Source: Crocinitomicaceae bacterium
GTDB taxonomy: Bacteria > Bacteroidota > Bacteroidia > Flavobacteriales_D > Crocinitomicaceae
Assembly (NCBI GenBank): GCA_044339115.1
Contig: JBIIWA010000015.1
Span: forward strand, 4,818 to 68,817
Length of the DNA: 64,000 bases
Reading direction: 5' to 3'
The translations under genes and the position numbers were made by a program. This document shows, in pieces, positions 10,194-18,372 of the stretch. The notes under the pieces were generated by a model that worked only from the letters and a program-made list of their open reading frames with translations, searched no databases and was not told the DNA's origin. How positions within the stretch are numbered: position 1 is the first letter of the stretch; each line of letters opens with the position of its first letter.

Positions 10194-11218
10194 CTTTTTG
10201 CTTTAATTTGATTTACATATCGCACAAAATATTTGACTTTAAATTTTATGGGCAAAACATGAAAAATTTTATTTTTAAACCTTTCCACAGTGTAAATTAT
10301 TGAATATAAACTGATGCTTAAGGTCGTATTTAATTTTTGAGTGCTTGCAATGGAAAAGGAACTAGTGTAAGCAAATTGCTTTCCAATGGGGTTGCATATA
10401 TAATCAGCAATTTCAATTTCGTTTTGCGTTAAATTGGTCTTCCATTGCTCCAATCTATGCGTAAAAATCCCTTGTGCTAAATCACTGTATTTTTTTTCTA
10501 TTCTTTCCTGTTTGATTTCTGAAACCGCCGCCTTGTATGCATGTTGTTCTTGAGTCATTTCCTTTGCAATTTCGCAATGATCAAGATTTAAAAAACTTAA
10601 TATTTGATTAAAAGTTTCTTGTGGTTGTCGCACCAAATCCTCATACTTGACAATATGAAATTGTTTTGGATTCTTAATTTGCTCTTTTATTATTCTATTT
10701 GTGAAAAAGCACCAGCGAAGAGCATTGTAGTATATATTGCTAGAGTTGAAGTGAACCGATTCTTTACGTGATAAAAAATTAGCCCTGTAATCACGCAACA
10801 TGAAAATAAATTTTGCCGAAGGATTAAAGGAAAGAATCTCTTTTATATAGGTTGAATTAATCGGATTTTTATCTATGATTAATTTAATTTCCTTCTTGTT
10901 TGCTTCAGCATTATTGTATTGCTGGTAATTCTCGCCACAAAAGGAATGAAAATTATTCGCGGACATGCGCTCGAAAGATTTAGTTTCAAATCCAATTGGA
11001 GGTTGTAGTTCATTAAAAGCAAGATTAAATTGATTTATTAATTTGATATCTTGTACATTGAATTCAGTTTTGTTTTTCCAGTTGGGATGAAAGAACCGAA
11101 CGAAATAGTTTTCTGGTCCTGCAAATACATTTGGATGTTGGTTCAGTAGGGACTGTAACAGAGAGGTGCCAGACCGACCAATTCCAACGATATAAGCAAT
11201 TTCTTTAGGAGGAGTCAC
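10190..11218 (-). CDS. sulfotransferase-family protein
   Basis: GIGRSGTSLLQSLLNQHP (5'-PSB-like loop) and FMLRDYRANFLSR (3'-PB-like). Overlaps its neighbours by 4 and 1 nt. Confidence 0.65.
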   Translation of the reverse strand: MTPPKEIAYIVGIGRSGTSLLQSLLNQHPNVFAGPENYFVRFFHPNWKNKTEFNVQDIKLINQFNLAFNELQPPIGFETKSFERMSANNFHSFCGENYQQYNNAEANKKEIKLIIDKNPINSTYIKEILSFNPSAKFIFMLRDYRANFLSRKESVHFNSSNIYYNALRWCFFTNRIIKEQIKNPKQFHIVKYEDLVRQPQETFNQILSFLNLDHCEIAKEMTQEQHAYKAAVSEIKQERIEKKYSDLAQGIFTHRLEQWKTNLTQNEIEIADYICNPIGKQFAYTSSFSIASTQKLNTTLSISLYSIIYTVERFKNKIFHVLPIKFKVKYFVRYVNQIKAKR

Positions 11219-13557
11219 TATTTTTTCTTTACTTTAATTTGACCGATAAATTGATTTAATCTATTGATTTCAATAGTTAAAGAATCTTTTTTATTTTGTA
11301 AATCTCTTCCTTTTAATAGCATCTTTTCTGTTTGTAATAAATCAATGGCCCGCTCAAAATAATATAGAGACTTCTTTGGTTTTTGTAAATTAAAATAAGC
11401 ATTTGCAATTTGAATGGTAGGCTTTACATGACTTTTACTTGGGAATTTTGTAATGTATTGCTCTTGTAATGAAATCAAATCATTGTATTTAGTAGCTGAC
11501 ATGTAATAGTTCTCAGCAAGTGAAAAATATTTTAAATAGTTGATTTTTTTGAGTCGATTGAGACTCTTTACTATTTGAGTTTCATTCGTTTCTCTTTTGT
11601 AATTAGATATTTTACATAGTCTTCTAATCAATGGGTCCAATATATTCTCTCCTGACTTAACCTTTCCAGTGAATAAGTTATTCAGTGAAATATTAATTTG
11701 ATTCGAGAAATCGATTTCATTTAGGGTAGAACTAGGATAATTTAATTGAAGTTGTTCAGCATATTGAACGGTATATTTAATGTTTTCAGGTCTTAATCCA
11801 GCACTAAGAACTTTTTTACCAAAGGATTCGAATTGAATAATTAAGCTTACTATTTGAAGAAATTCTGCTCTAGAAAACTCCTTTTTATCTGAAAGACTGG
11901 ATTCATTATTTTTAACTGTATTGACTCTTTGATAGAGTTTGTTAATGGCAATCTCGTTTAAGATCAGATGTTCTTGACCTTCAATATAATTGGGATCAAT
12001 TTCAATGGCTTTATTAAAAAGTCTTCTAGCTGCAAGTGGATTTAAGAAAACAGTTGCTTGCAAGGATGCTTGATTGTTTAATATTTCGGTATAATTAGGA
12101 TAAACTTGTAAAGCTCTTGAATAATAAAAATTAGCTGATGTTCCAACATTAATTATATCCTTGATTTGCATTGGATTCGATAGGGCAATCTGCATGCTTT
12201 CAAATTGATATTCTTGACCCATTAAGGAATTTGCTTTTGCAGATGATTGTAAATCATCCATGTCGCTTTGATATAAACTTTTTTTACTCTCCCAAGCTGG
12301 ATTTCTTTTTATGACAGCGAAGGAACTTAGGGTTATTAACAGCAAAAGCAAGTAGGGTAATTTATTCTTATTTAATGCTGTAATTTTTGCAGTTAAAGGA
12401 ACTCTGAACAAAAGAAATAGCAGATAAGTAATTGCTATTACAAATCCTAAAGACGCAGTGAATGCTAGTCGTTCTGCATAAATCCCAACCATGGGATAAA
12501 TTAGGTTGGAGGCACCTCCAATGGCCAAGAAAAAGAATAAAATCCCAAAAGAATAGAGTGACTTTTGTTTGAATTTGTACAGTGCAAAGCCCATCCATAT
12601 CAGAAATAAAATTAGAGAAACCATGAATAAAAAACTGGTATAATTAAGGATTGGAATAGCATTGTACCCATAATAAAAATTTAGGTCGTACGGAAGTAAT
12701 AATTGTTGGATATATAAAGAATTTGTATAAAAAAATTGAGGAATTCTTTCTGTAAAATGACTGCCGAAAAGTGGGTTTTCAATAAATAAGAAGGCTCTGT
12801 TTTTGGATTCGTTTAACAGTCCTTTGTTCATTAATGTAAATATTAATCTCCCTATTATGATTAATCCACTTAAAGAAAGCAATGTCTTCCAATGTATTGT
12901 TCTGAAAAAATAGATTGCCATCGGGATGATGATTAAAAATGGCATTGCAGTTTTTTTGCTGAGTATAGCCAGTAAGAATAACAGGGGTAAGGCAATTAAG
13001 TGTTTAAATTTCTTGTAATCTATATAGTTGAATGCTGCAATGAGTGCTAAAACTGAAAAGAGTAAGCTGAGGATTTCATCTCTGTTCTTGAGTGAGTTTA
13101 CAACCTCTGTATGGATCGGATGCGCAAGAAAAAGGGCGGTAACACAGAATGAAAAAAAGTCACTTTCTTTCCCCAACATTTTTTGAAGTAACTCCAATAT
13201 TTTAATTCCTAAAATGGCATATAAAAGCACATTGATAAAGTGTGAAATTGGGGTGCGGTGCTCACTATTTCCAAACAGACTCCATTCTAATGCAAAACTA
13301 TAGGTGCTTATCGGACGGTACTCGTAATTCTGACTGCTGTTTGTTGCGTAGTTAGAAGTAAATATGGCTTGGAGACCTCGGTATCCTTTCTCTACCAATG
13401 GATGATGTTCTCGGTCTGTAGTGGTTACTAAATCATCATCAAGAGAATAATTGTTACTAATTGAATTTCCATAAAGGAAAAAAGTTAATACTAGAATAAA
13501 TACTTTGAAAGTATTTTTGTTGTTTAACCAAGAATTCTTCGTGTTTTTATTTTTCAC
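11218..13557 (-). CDS. polytopic membrane protein with C-terminal TPR-like region (TMTC/PMT-like glycosyltransferase architecture)
   Basis: YRPISTYSFALEWSLFG...HFINVLLYA N-terminal motif, about 10 hydrophobic segments, then a helical-repeat C-terminal half of about 350 aa. Confidence 0.5.
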   Translation of the reverse strand: MKNKNTKNSWLNNKNTFKVFILVLTFFLYGNSISNNYSLDDDLVTTTDREHHPLVEKGYRGLQAIFTSNYATNSSQNYEYRPISTYSFALEWSLFGNSEHRTPISHFINVLLYAILGIKILELLQKMLGKESDFFSFCVTALFLAHPIHTEVVNSLKNRDEILSLLFSVLALIAAFNYIDYKKFKHLIALPLLFLLAILSKKTAMPFLIIIPMAIYFFRTIHWKTLLSLSGLIIIGRLIFTLMNKGLLNESKNRAFLFIENPLFGSHFTERIPQFFYTNSLYIQQLLLPYDLNFYYGYNAIPILNYTSFLFMVSLILFLIWMGFALYKFKQKSLYSFGILFFFLAIGGASNLIYPMVGIYAERLAFTASLGFVIAITYLLFLLFRVPLTAKITALNKNKLPYLLLLLITLSSFAVIKRNPAWESKKSLYQSDMDDLQSSAKANSLMGQEYQFESMQIALSNPMQIKDIINVGTSANFYYSRALQVYPNYTEILNNQASLQATVFLNPLAARRLFNKAIEIDPNYIEGQEHLILNEIAINKLYQRVNTVKNNESSLSDKKEFSRAEFLQIVSLIIQFESFGKKVLSAGLRPENIKYTVQYAEQLQLNYPSSTLNEIDFSNQINISLNNLFTGKVKSGENILDPLIRRLCKISNYKRETNETQIVKSLNRLKKINYLKYFSLAENYYMSATKYNDLISLQEQYITKFPSKSHVKPTIQIANAYFNLQKPKKSLYYFERAIDLLQTEKMLLKGRDLQNKKDSLTIEINRLNQFIGQIKVKKK

Positions 13558-13572
13558 ACCCTAAACATAGTC

Positions 13573-13600
13573 AAAAAAAAAGTCCCGTTAGGGACTTTTT
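13573..13600 (-). terminator. rho-independent terminator downstream of 13603-13989
   Basis: On the minus strand: GTCCC-TAAC-GGGAC hairpin (13582-13595) followed by a run of 9 T (13573-13581). Confidence 0.75.
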
Positions 13601-13602
13601 AA

Positions 13603-13989
13603 TTAATTTTTATCTTGTTTTATCTGATCATTAATTTCAGTTTTGTTGATCACATTTGTTTTCTTTTCTGAAATAGCGTCTTTTTCAAATTTAGCAAATT
13701 GCTCCGCAGTAAGTACTTGTTTGAACATATCAATACGTCTTGAATTATTTTGCTCTATGGCTTCGTTTTTTACCTCTTGAGTGTAAGTAGACTCCAGCAT
13801 AGATTTATTTTTAATAATAATTCCGAAATTGATTTCATAAGCATTAACTTCTTGCGCTGCAGTCAATCCCAATTCAACTTTCATTTTTTGAGTCTGCTCT
13901 TGTGCTTGAACTTCTGGAGCATTAACTTGTCCAAATGCAAAGCCACACATCATGCTGAATCCTAGTGCTGTTAATTTAATTGCTTTCAT
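13603..13989 (-). CDS. hypothetical secreted protein
   Basis: Signal-peptide-like MKAIKLTALGFSMMCGFAFGQ. No recognisable domain. Confidence 0.5.
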   Translation of the reverse strand: MKAIKLTALGFSMMCGFAFGQVNAPEVQAQEQTQKMKVELGLTAAQEVNAYEINFGIIIKNKSMLESTYTQEVKNEAIEQNNSRRIDMFKQVLTAEQFAKFEKDAISEKKTNVINKTEINDQIKQDKN

Positions 13990-14161
13990 AGTTTTATTAA
14001 TTATTTTGTAATTCTATTCGTATAAATTTAACCAATTTAATCTTTACTCCTACAAATATACTAGAGTTTTCTGTTGATTATATTCTTTTAACGCAATAAT
14101 CTTTTAAGGGTTGTCTCTATTTATTTGTAGTTAATTACATTTACACTAAAATTTATTTGTT

Positions 14162-14821
14162 ATGTTAAATTTCATTTTGTTTTTAACTTCATTTTTTTTG
14201 ACAAATTATTTAATGAGTCAAAATTTATTAAATGAAAAAATTAAGGATGTTGATGGTAATGCTTACCAACAGATAGTTATAGGCAATCAGATTTGGTTGG
14301 ATAGGAATTTACAAGTAACTCACTTTAATAACGGAGCTTTAATTCCTTTTGTTGCTGAAAATAAGGAATGGTCTAATTTAACGACTCCTGGATATTGTTT
14401 TTATCAGAATAAAAAAGAAAATACTACCAGCTTTGGAGTCTTGTACAATTGGTATGTAATTGATAAAGGTAATGTCTGTCCAGTAGGTTGGCATGTTCCT
14501 TCTGATGATGAGTGGACGGTCCTAAGTTTTTTTTTAGGAGGGGATTTAGTCGCTGGAAGTCAAATTAAAAGTAATACCGGGTGGAATTTAAATGGGAATG
14601 GTTCAGATACCTCGAAATTTCAAGCACTGCCTTCTGGAGTAAGATTTATTGGTTCAAGTAATTTTAGTAATGAAGGGACGTGTGCGGTTTGGTGGAGTGC
14701 TACCGAAGGCGATGACACTGATGCATGGTTTCGAAAAACAAATTATTACCATCCAAGTTTATTAAGGTACAGTACGAATAAGGCGCACGGATTTTCAATA
14801 AGGTGTTTAAAAGATGAGTAA
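14162..14821 (+). CDS. FISUMP (Fibrobacter succinogenes major paralogous) domain protein
   Basis: GNQIWLDRNL...GVLYNWY...CPVGWHVPSDDEW...ALPSGVR...AVWWSAT...GFSIRCLKD matches the TIGR02145-type pattern. Confidence 0.75.
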   Translation: MLNFILFLTSFFLTNYLMSQNLLNEKIKDVDGNAYQQIVIGNQIWLDRNLQVTHFNNGALIPFVAENKEWSNLTTPGYCFYQNKKENTTSFGVLYNWYVIDKGNVCPVGWHVPSDDEWTVLSFFLGGDLVAGSQIKSNTGWNLNGNGSDTSKFQALPSGVRFIGSSNFSNEGTCAVWWSATEGDDTDAWFRKTNYYHPSLLRYSTNKAHGFSIRCLKDE

Positions 14822-14879
14822 TTCATTCGTTTTTTTAAATTATTATTCCGCAACAATTAACTAACTTTCCCGTTCATCG

Positions 14880-15782
14880 ATGGCCATGCGAAATATTATC
14901 AGGAAGATTACACCGAAATTTATTATTGAAATTTTTAGAGGCTTAAAAAAGTACATAAAAAGAAATAGTCTCCTGAAAGCTGAAAAGGAAGGTACTGGCC
15001 TATCTCAAAGTGAACTCGAAAATCAATTGAGAGCTTGTGGAATTCAAGAAGGAGCTACCTTATTAGTGCACGCAAGTCTTAGTAAAATTGGCCCCGTTCA
15101 AGGTGGTGCGCTTACTGTTGTAAATGCCTTAGTGTCGGTTCTTGGTCCAAAAGGAAATTTATTAATGCCTTCTTCTCCTGTCTCGGGACTTCAATTGGAA
15201 TATGTGTCTCAAAATCCAGTTTTTGATGCAAGGAATACACCTTCGAGGATGGGAGCGATTTCCGAAGTTTTTCGAACCCTGCCTGGTGTATTAAGATCTT
15301 TGCATCCGACAGAACCTGTTTGTGCTGTTGGTCCTGATGCTGATTTTCTGACCAATGGACATTTTAATCAATTAACACCCTATAATGCTGATTCGCCCTT
15401 CAGTCGCTTATATGAATTGAATGGTAAAATTCTATATCTAGGAGTAAGTCTTGACAATGCTGGGACTCATTTACACACGCTTGAAGATGCTGTAGACTTT
15501 CCTTATCCTGTTTATCATGATGAGCTCTTTAAATTGAAAGTTATAGATGTAAATAATCAAGCCCATTGGATGACAACCAAAGTGCATAATCCTGATTTTT
15601 CGAGAAGAAGGAAGTGTGATGCTTTAATTCCCTTATTTTTGCAAGCAAATGTGGCGAAAGAAATAACCATAGGCTTAGCTCCAAGTTTGTTGTTTGAAGG
15701 AGATAAAATGTTTTCGCTTATGCAAGAAGCTTTTATTAATAATCGGGTAACCATGTATACCCCAAATGGAGAGAAACTTTGA
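14880..15782 (+). CDS. AAC(3)-family (aminoglycoside 3-N-acetyltransferase-like) acetyltransferase
   Basis: GATLLVHASLSKIGPVQGGALTVVNAL...GNLLMPS and HTLEDAVDFPY resemble the Antibiotic_NAT family. Confidence 0.7.
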   Translation: MAMRNIIRKITPKFIIEIFRGLKKYIKRNSLLKAEKEGTGLSQSELENQLRACGIQEGATLLVHASLSKIGPVQGGALTVVNALVSVLGPKGNLLMPSSPVSGLQLEYVSQNPVFDARNTPSRMGAISEVFRTLPGVLRSLHPTEPVCAVGPDADFLTNGHFNQLTPYNADSPFSRLYELNGKILYLGVSLDNAGTHLHTLEDAVDFPYPVYHDELFKLKVIDVNNQAHWMTTKVHNPDFSRRRKCDALIPLFLQANVAKEITIGLAPSLLFEGDKMFSLMQEAFINNRVTMYTPNGEKL

Positions 15783-16750
15783 AAATTGCTTTTACCTGGG
15801 ATTATGAGTTGTTTTTCGGAGAGAAATCGGGGACCGTATCCGCATGCATGCTTGATCCTACGAATCGCTTGTTGGAAATCGCTGACAAACATCAAGCTTT
15901 ATTTACATTTTTTCCTGACGCAGGGTATTTGTTACATGCTGCGTCTGAGGCTTCTTGTCTCGAAGAATTAGAAAAGGTGGAGCGCCAAATTAGGTCTTGG
16001 GATGCCGCTGGTCATGAAACGGGTTTGCATATTCATCCGCATTGGGAAGATTCTATTTATAGTAATGGTGCGTGGCAACACGACCTAAAACACTATAAAT
16101 TAAGTGATTTCAAGCAAGCAGTCGCTCGTGAAATAATTCATAAGTACCATAAAAGAATCCAAGGTTTAGTGAATGGAAAAGTCACATCGTATAGAGCAGG
16201 TGGCTGGTGTGTGCAGCCATTTGAACCTCTAAAGGCTGCCTTTGAAGAAGTTGGAATAGTAATCGATTCTTCTGTATTTAAAGGAGGTAAAAACACTACA
16301 TCGCCGTATAATTACGATTTTACTGATGCTCCTATGAAAGATAAATATTCTTTTGTTGACGATGTACTTGTTGAAAATAGTAAAGGAAGTTTCCTTGAGA
16401 TACCTATTGCTTCTTTCAGATATTCGCCTTTGTTTTTCTGGCGCTTGTTTATTCTAGGAAGATTAAATCCAAAAGATCATAAAGGTATTGGCGATGGCGT
16501 TCCAGCAGCCGGTGGAGGAAGTAAGAAAAAATTATTGACGCAATACAATACGCTTTCTGTTAATGCTGATGGCTACTTTATTACTAAAGTAGAAGCTGCA
16601 ATGGATAAAGCCCAACATCTTGGTCATGAACATCTAGTTGTGATTGGTCATCCTAAAGCATGCACTAATTTTTCTCTGAAGTCATTGGATCTGTTTATTG
16701 AAAAATATAAGGGTAAAGTGGAATTTGTAACTTTAAGTTCCTTGAAATGA
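15779..16750 (+). CDS. polysaccharide-deacetylase-like hypothetical protein
   Basis: TTG start overlapping the upstream TGA. N-terminal FTWDYELFFG and HIHPHW histidine cluster are weakly reminiscent of carbohydrate esterase/deacetylase folds. Confidence 0.35.
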   Translation: MKIAFTWDYELFFGEKSGTVSACMLDPTNRLLEIADKHQALFTFFPDAGYLLHAASEASCLEELEKVERQIRSWDAAGHETGLHIHPHWEDSIYSNGAWQHDLKHYKLSDFKQAVAREIIHKYHKRIQGLVNGKVTSYRAGGWCVQPFEPLKAAFEEVGIVIDSSVFKGGKNTTSPYNYDFTDAPMKDKYSFVDDVLVENSKGSFLEIPIASFRYSPLFFWRLFILGRLNPKDHKGIGDGVPAAGGGSKKKLLTQYNTLSVNADGYFITKVEAAMDKAQHLGHEHLVVIGHPKACTNFSLKSLDLFIEKYKGKVEFVTLSSLK

Positions 16751-17667
16751 TTAGAATTATTTCCAATCAAACCTTAGATCGTAAAAGATGGGATGCTTTA
16801 GTCTCTAGTTCCGATGTGCCTGGAATGTTTTTTCATTTTTCTTGGTATTTAGATGCTGTTTTCCCTGCTTGGCAAGGTTTTGTTTATGGAGATTATGAGG
16901 CTATTTTCCCCTTGACTCAAAAGAAAAACATTGGTTTTAAAAGAATGATTCAACCTATTTTCACAAGAGAGTTTAATCTGATAGGAAATCGGAGTAAAAT
17001 CGTCTGCAGGGCCTTAGAAAGTGAATTGAATAAATGTAATTTTCTTCTGTTGGGGGCCAATAAAAATTCAAATTTGCTCTGTTATGATAGTAAGGAGAAA
17101 AATTTTCAGCTGCTACCTTTATTTACTGATGTTCAAGTAATTCAAAAGGAGTATTCAACCAATCTTAAACGTCAATTAAAGAAATTCACTTCAACTAATA
17201 TTGAACTCAAAGAAATTAAAGATCCTCAAGCTCTGATAGATTTGTTTAAGCAAGAAAAAGGGAACGAGTTTAAACATTTAGGCTCTGCGGAATATGCCGT
17301 TATTCTCAATTTAATGAAATTGGGTTTTGAAAATGGAAATGCACATCAATTTGCTGCTTATGATGGAACGAATTTAATTGCATCTGCCTTTTATTTCGTG
17401 CATGGCAATCAAGTTTTGTATCTCAAAGGCGCTGTTAATGTTCATGGAAGATCAATTGGCGCCATGGCCTCAGTTCATGATTTTGCCATTCGGTTTTTTG
17501 CTCAAAATGATACTTTCTTTGATTTTGGAGGTAGTGATGATCCCGGTTTGTCAGAATTTAATAGAAAGTTCGGTGCGCATGATGTGAATTATTTACTTTT
17601 GTTCTCTAACCGTTTGCCTTGGCCACTTAATTCTTGGGCAAAAAGAAAATACAATTTAAATGCATAA
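16747..17667 (+). CDS. FemAB-like/GNAT-fold acetyltransferase-domain protein
   Basis: C-terminal YLKGAVNVHGRSIGAMASVHDFAIRFF...FDFGGS resembles the Acetyltransf_6/FemAB-like family. Confidence 0.45.
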   Translation: MIRIISNQTLDRKRWDALVSSSDVPGMFFHFSWYLDAVFPAWQGFVYGDYEAIFPLTQKKNIGFKRMIQPIFTREFNLIGNRSKIVCRALESELNKCNFLLLGANKNSNLLCYDSKEKNFQLLPLFTDVQVIQKEYSTNLKRQLKKFTSTNIELKEIKDPQALIDLFKQEKGNEFKHLGSAEYAVILNLMKLGFENGNAHQFAAYDGTNLIASAFYFVHGNQVLYLKGAVNVHGRSIGAMASVHDFAIRFFAQNDTFFDFGGSDDPGLSEFNRKFGAHDVNYLLLFSNRLPWPLNSWAKRKYNLNA

Positions 17668-18370
17668 AAGAATCTTACTTACTGGTGCTTCAGGCGGATT
17701 AGGAATGTTGATTGCAAAAAATCTTTTAGATCAAGGTCATTTTCTGGGACTGTTATTTCATTCGCAGGAAGATAAATTAAAGGCCTTAGCAACTCAATAT
17801 CCGGATCAAACGGCTCTTATTAAAGCTGATTTATCTCAAGATGATTCATACGAGACTATTTTTAATGTCTTTCCAAATGCGGATGTATTAATTCATGCTG
17901 CAGGTATTGCAAGCTCAGGTATGTCATGGAAAATCCCTCCAAATGAATTCGATAGGGTTAATAAGATTAATTATTTCGCTCCATTTTACCTTTCTCAATG
18001 TTATATTCCGAATATGAGACTTCAAAAATGGGGGAGGATTATTTTCTTTTCTTCCATTGTTGCGCAAAAAGGTGTCGTGGGTACAAGTGCCTATTCAGCA
18101 AGTAAAAGTGCACTCATTGGCTTAAGTAAAACAATGGCTGTTGAATTGGGTGCAAGTGGAATTACTGTAAATGCAATTGCTCCTGGTTATATGGATAGTG
18201 GTATGATTCGAGAGGTTTCTGATGAGATGATTGCTTCCATAAAGGATCAAGTTCCTTCACATACTCTAGGTGACCCGCAAGGAATTGTTGCTTTAATTGA
18301 TCTACTTCTAAAAGACACTGGTTCTTATATCACCGGACAAACACTTTCAATTAATGGAGGAATGTTATAA
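17660..18370 (+). CDS. short-chain dehydrogenase/reductase (FabG-like)
   Basis: TGASGGLG Rossmann motif, catalytic YSASK, and PGYMDSGM. Confidence 0.85.
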   Translation: MHKRILLTGASGGLGMLIAKNLLDQGHFLGLLFHSQEDKLKALATQYPDQTALIKADLSQDDSYETIFNVFPNADVLIHAAGIASSGMSWKIPPNEFDRVNKINYFAPFYLSQCYIPNMRLQKWGRIIFFSSIVAQKGVVGTSAYSASKSALIGLSKTMAVELGASGITVNAIAPGYMDSGMIREVSDEMIASIKDQVPSHTLGDPQGIVALIDLLLKDTGSYITGQTLSINGGML

Positions 18371-18372
18371 TA

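Noticed and set aside
14880-15782. Calling the AAC(3)-like gene an aminoglycoside resistance determinant
   Set aside because: Family membership alone does not establish resistance. The operon context points to a biosynthetic or tailoring role.
15557-15971. Antisense 112-aa ORF (15557-15895) and 61-aa ORF (15786-15971) across the junction between the AAC(3)-like and deacetylase-like genes
   Set aside because: They overlap two coupled sense genes and have no recognisable motifs.
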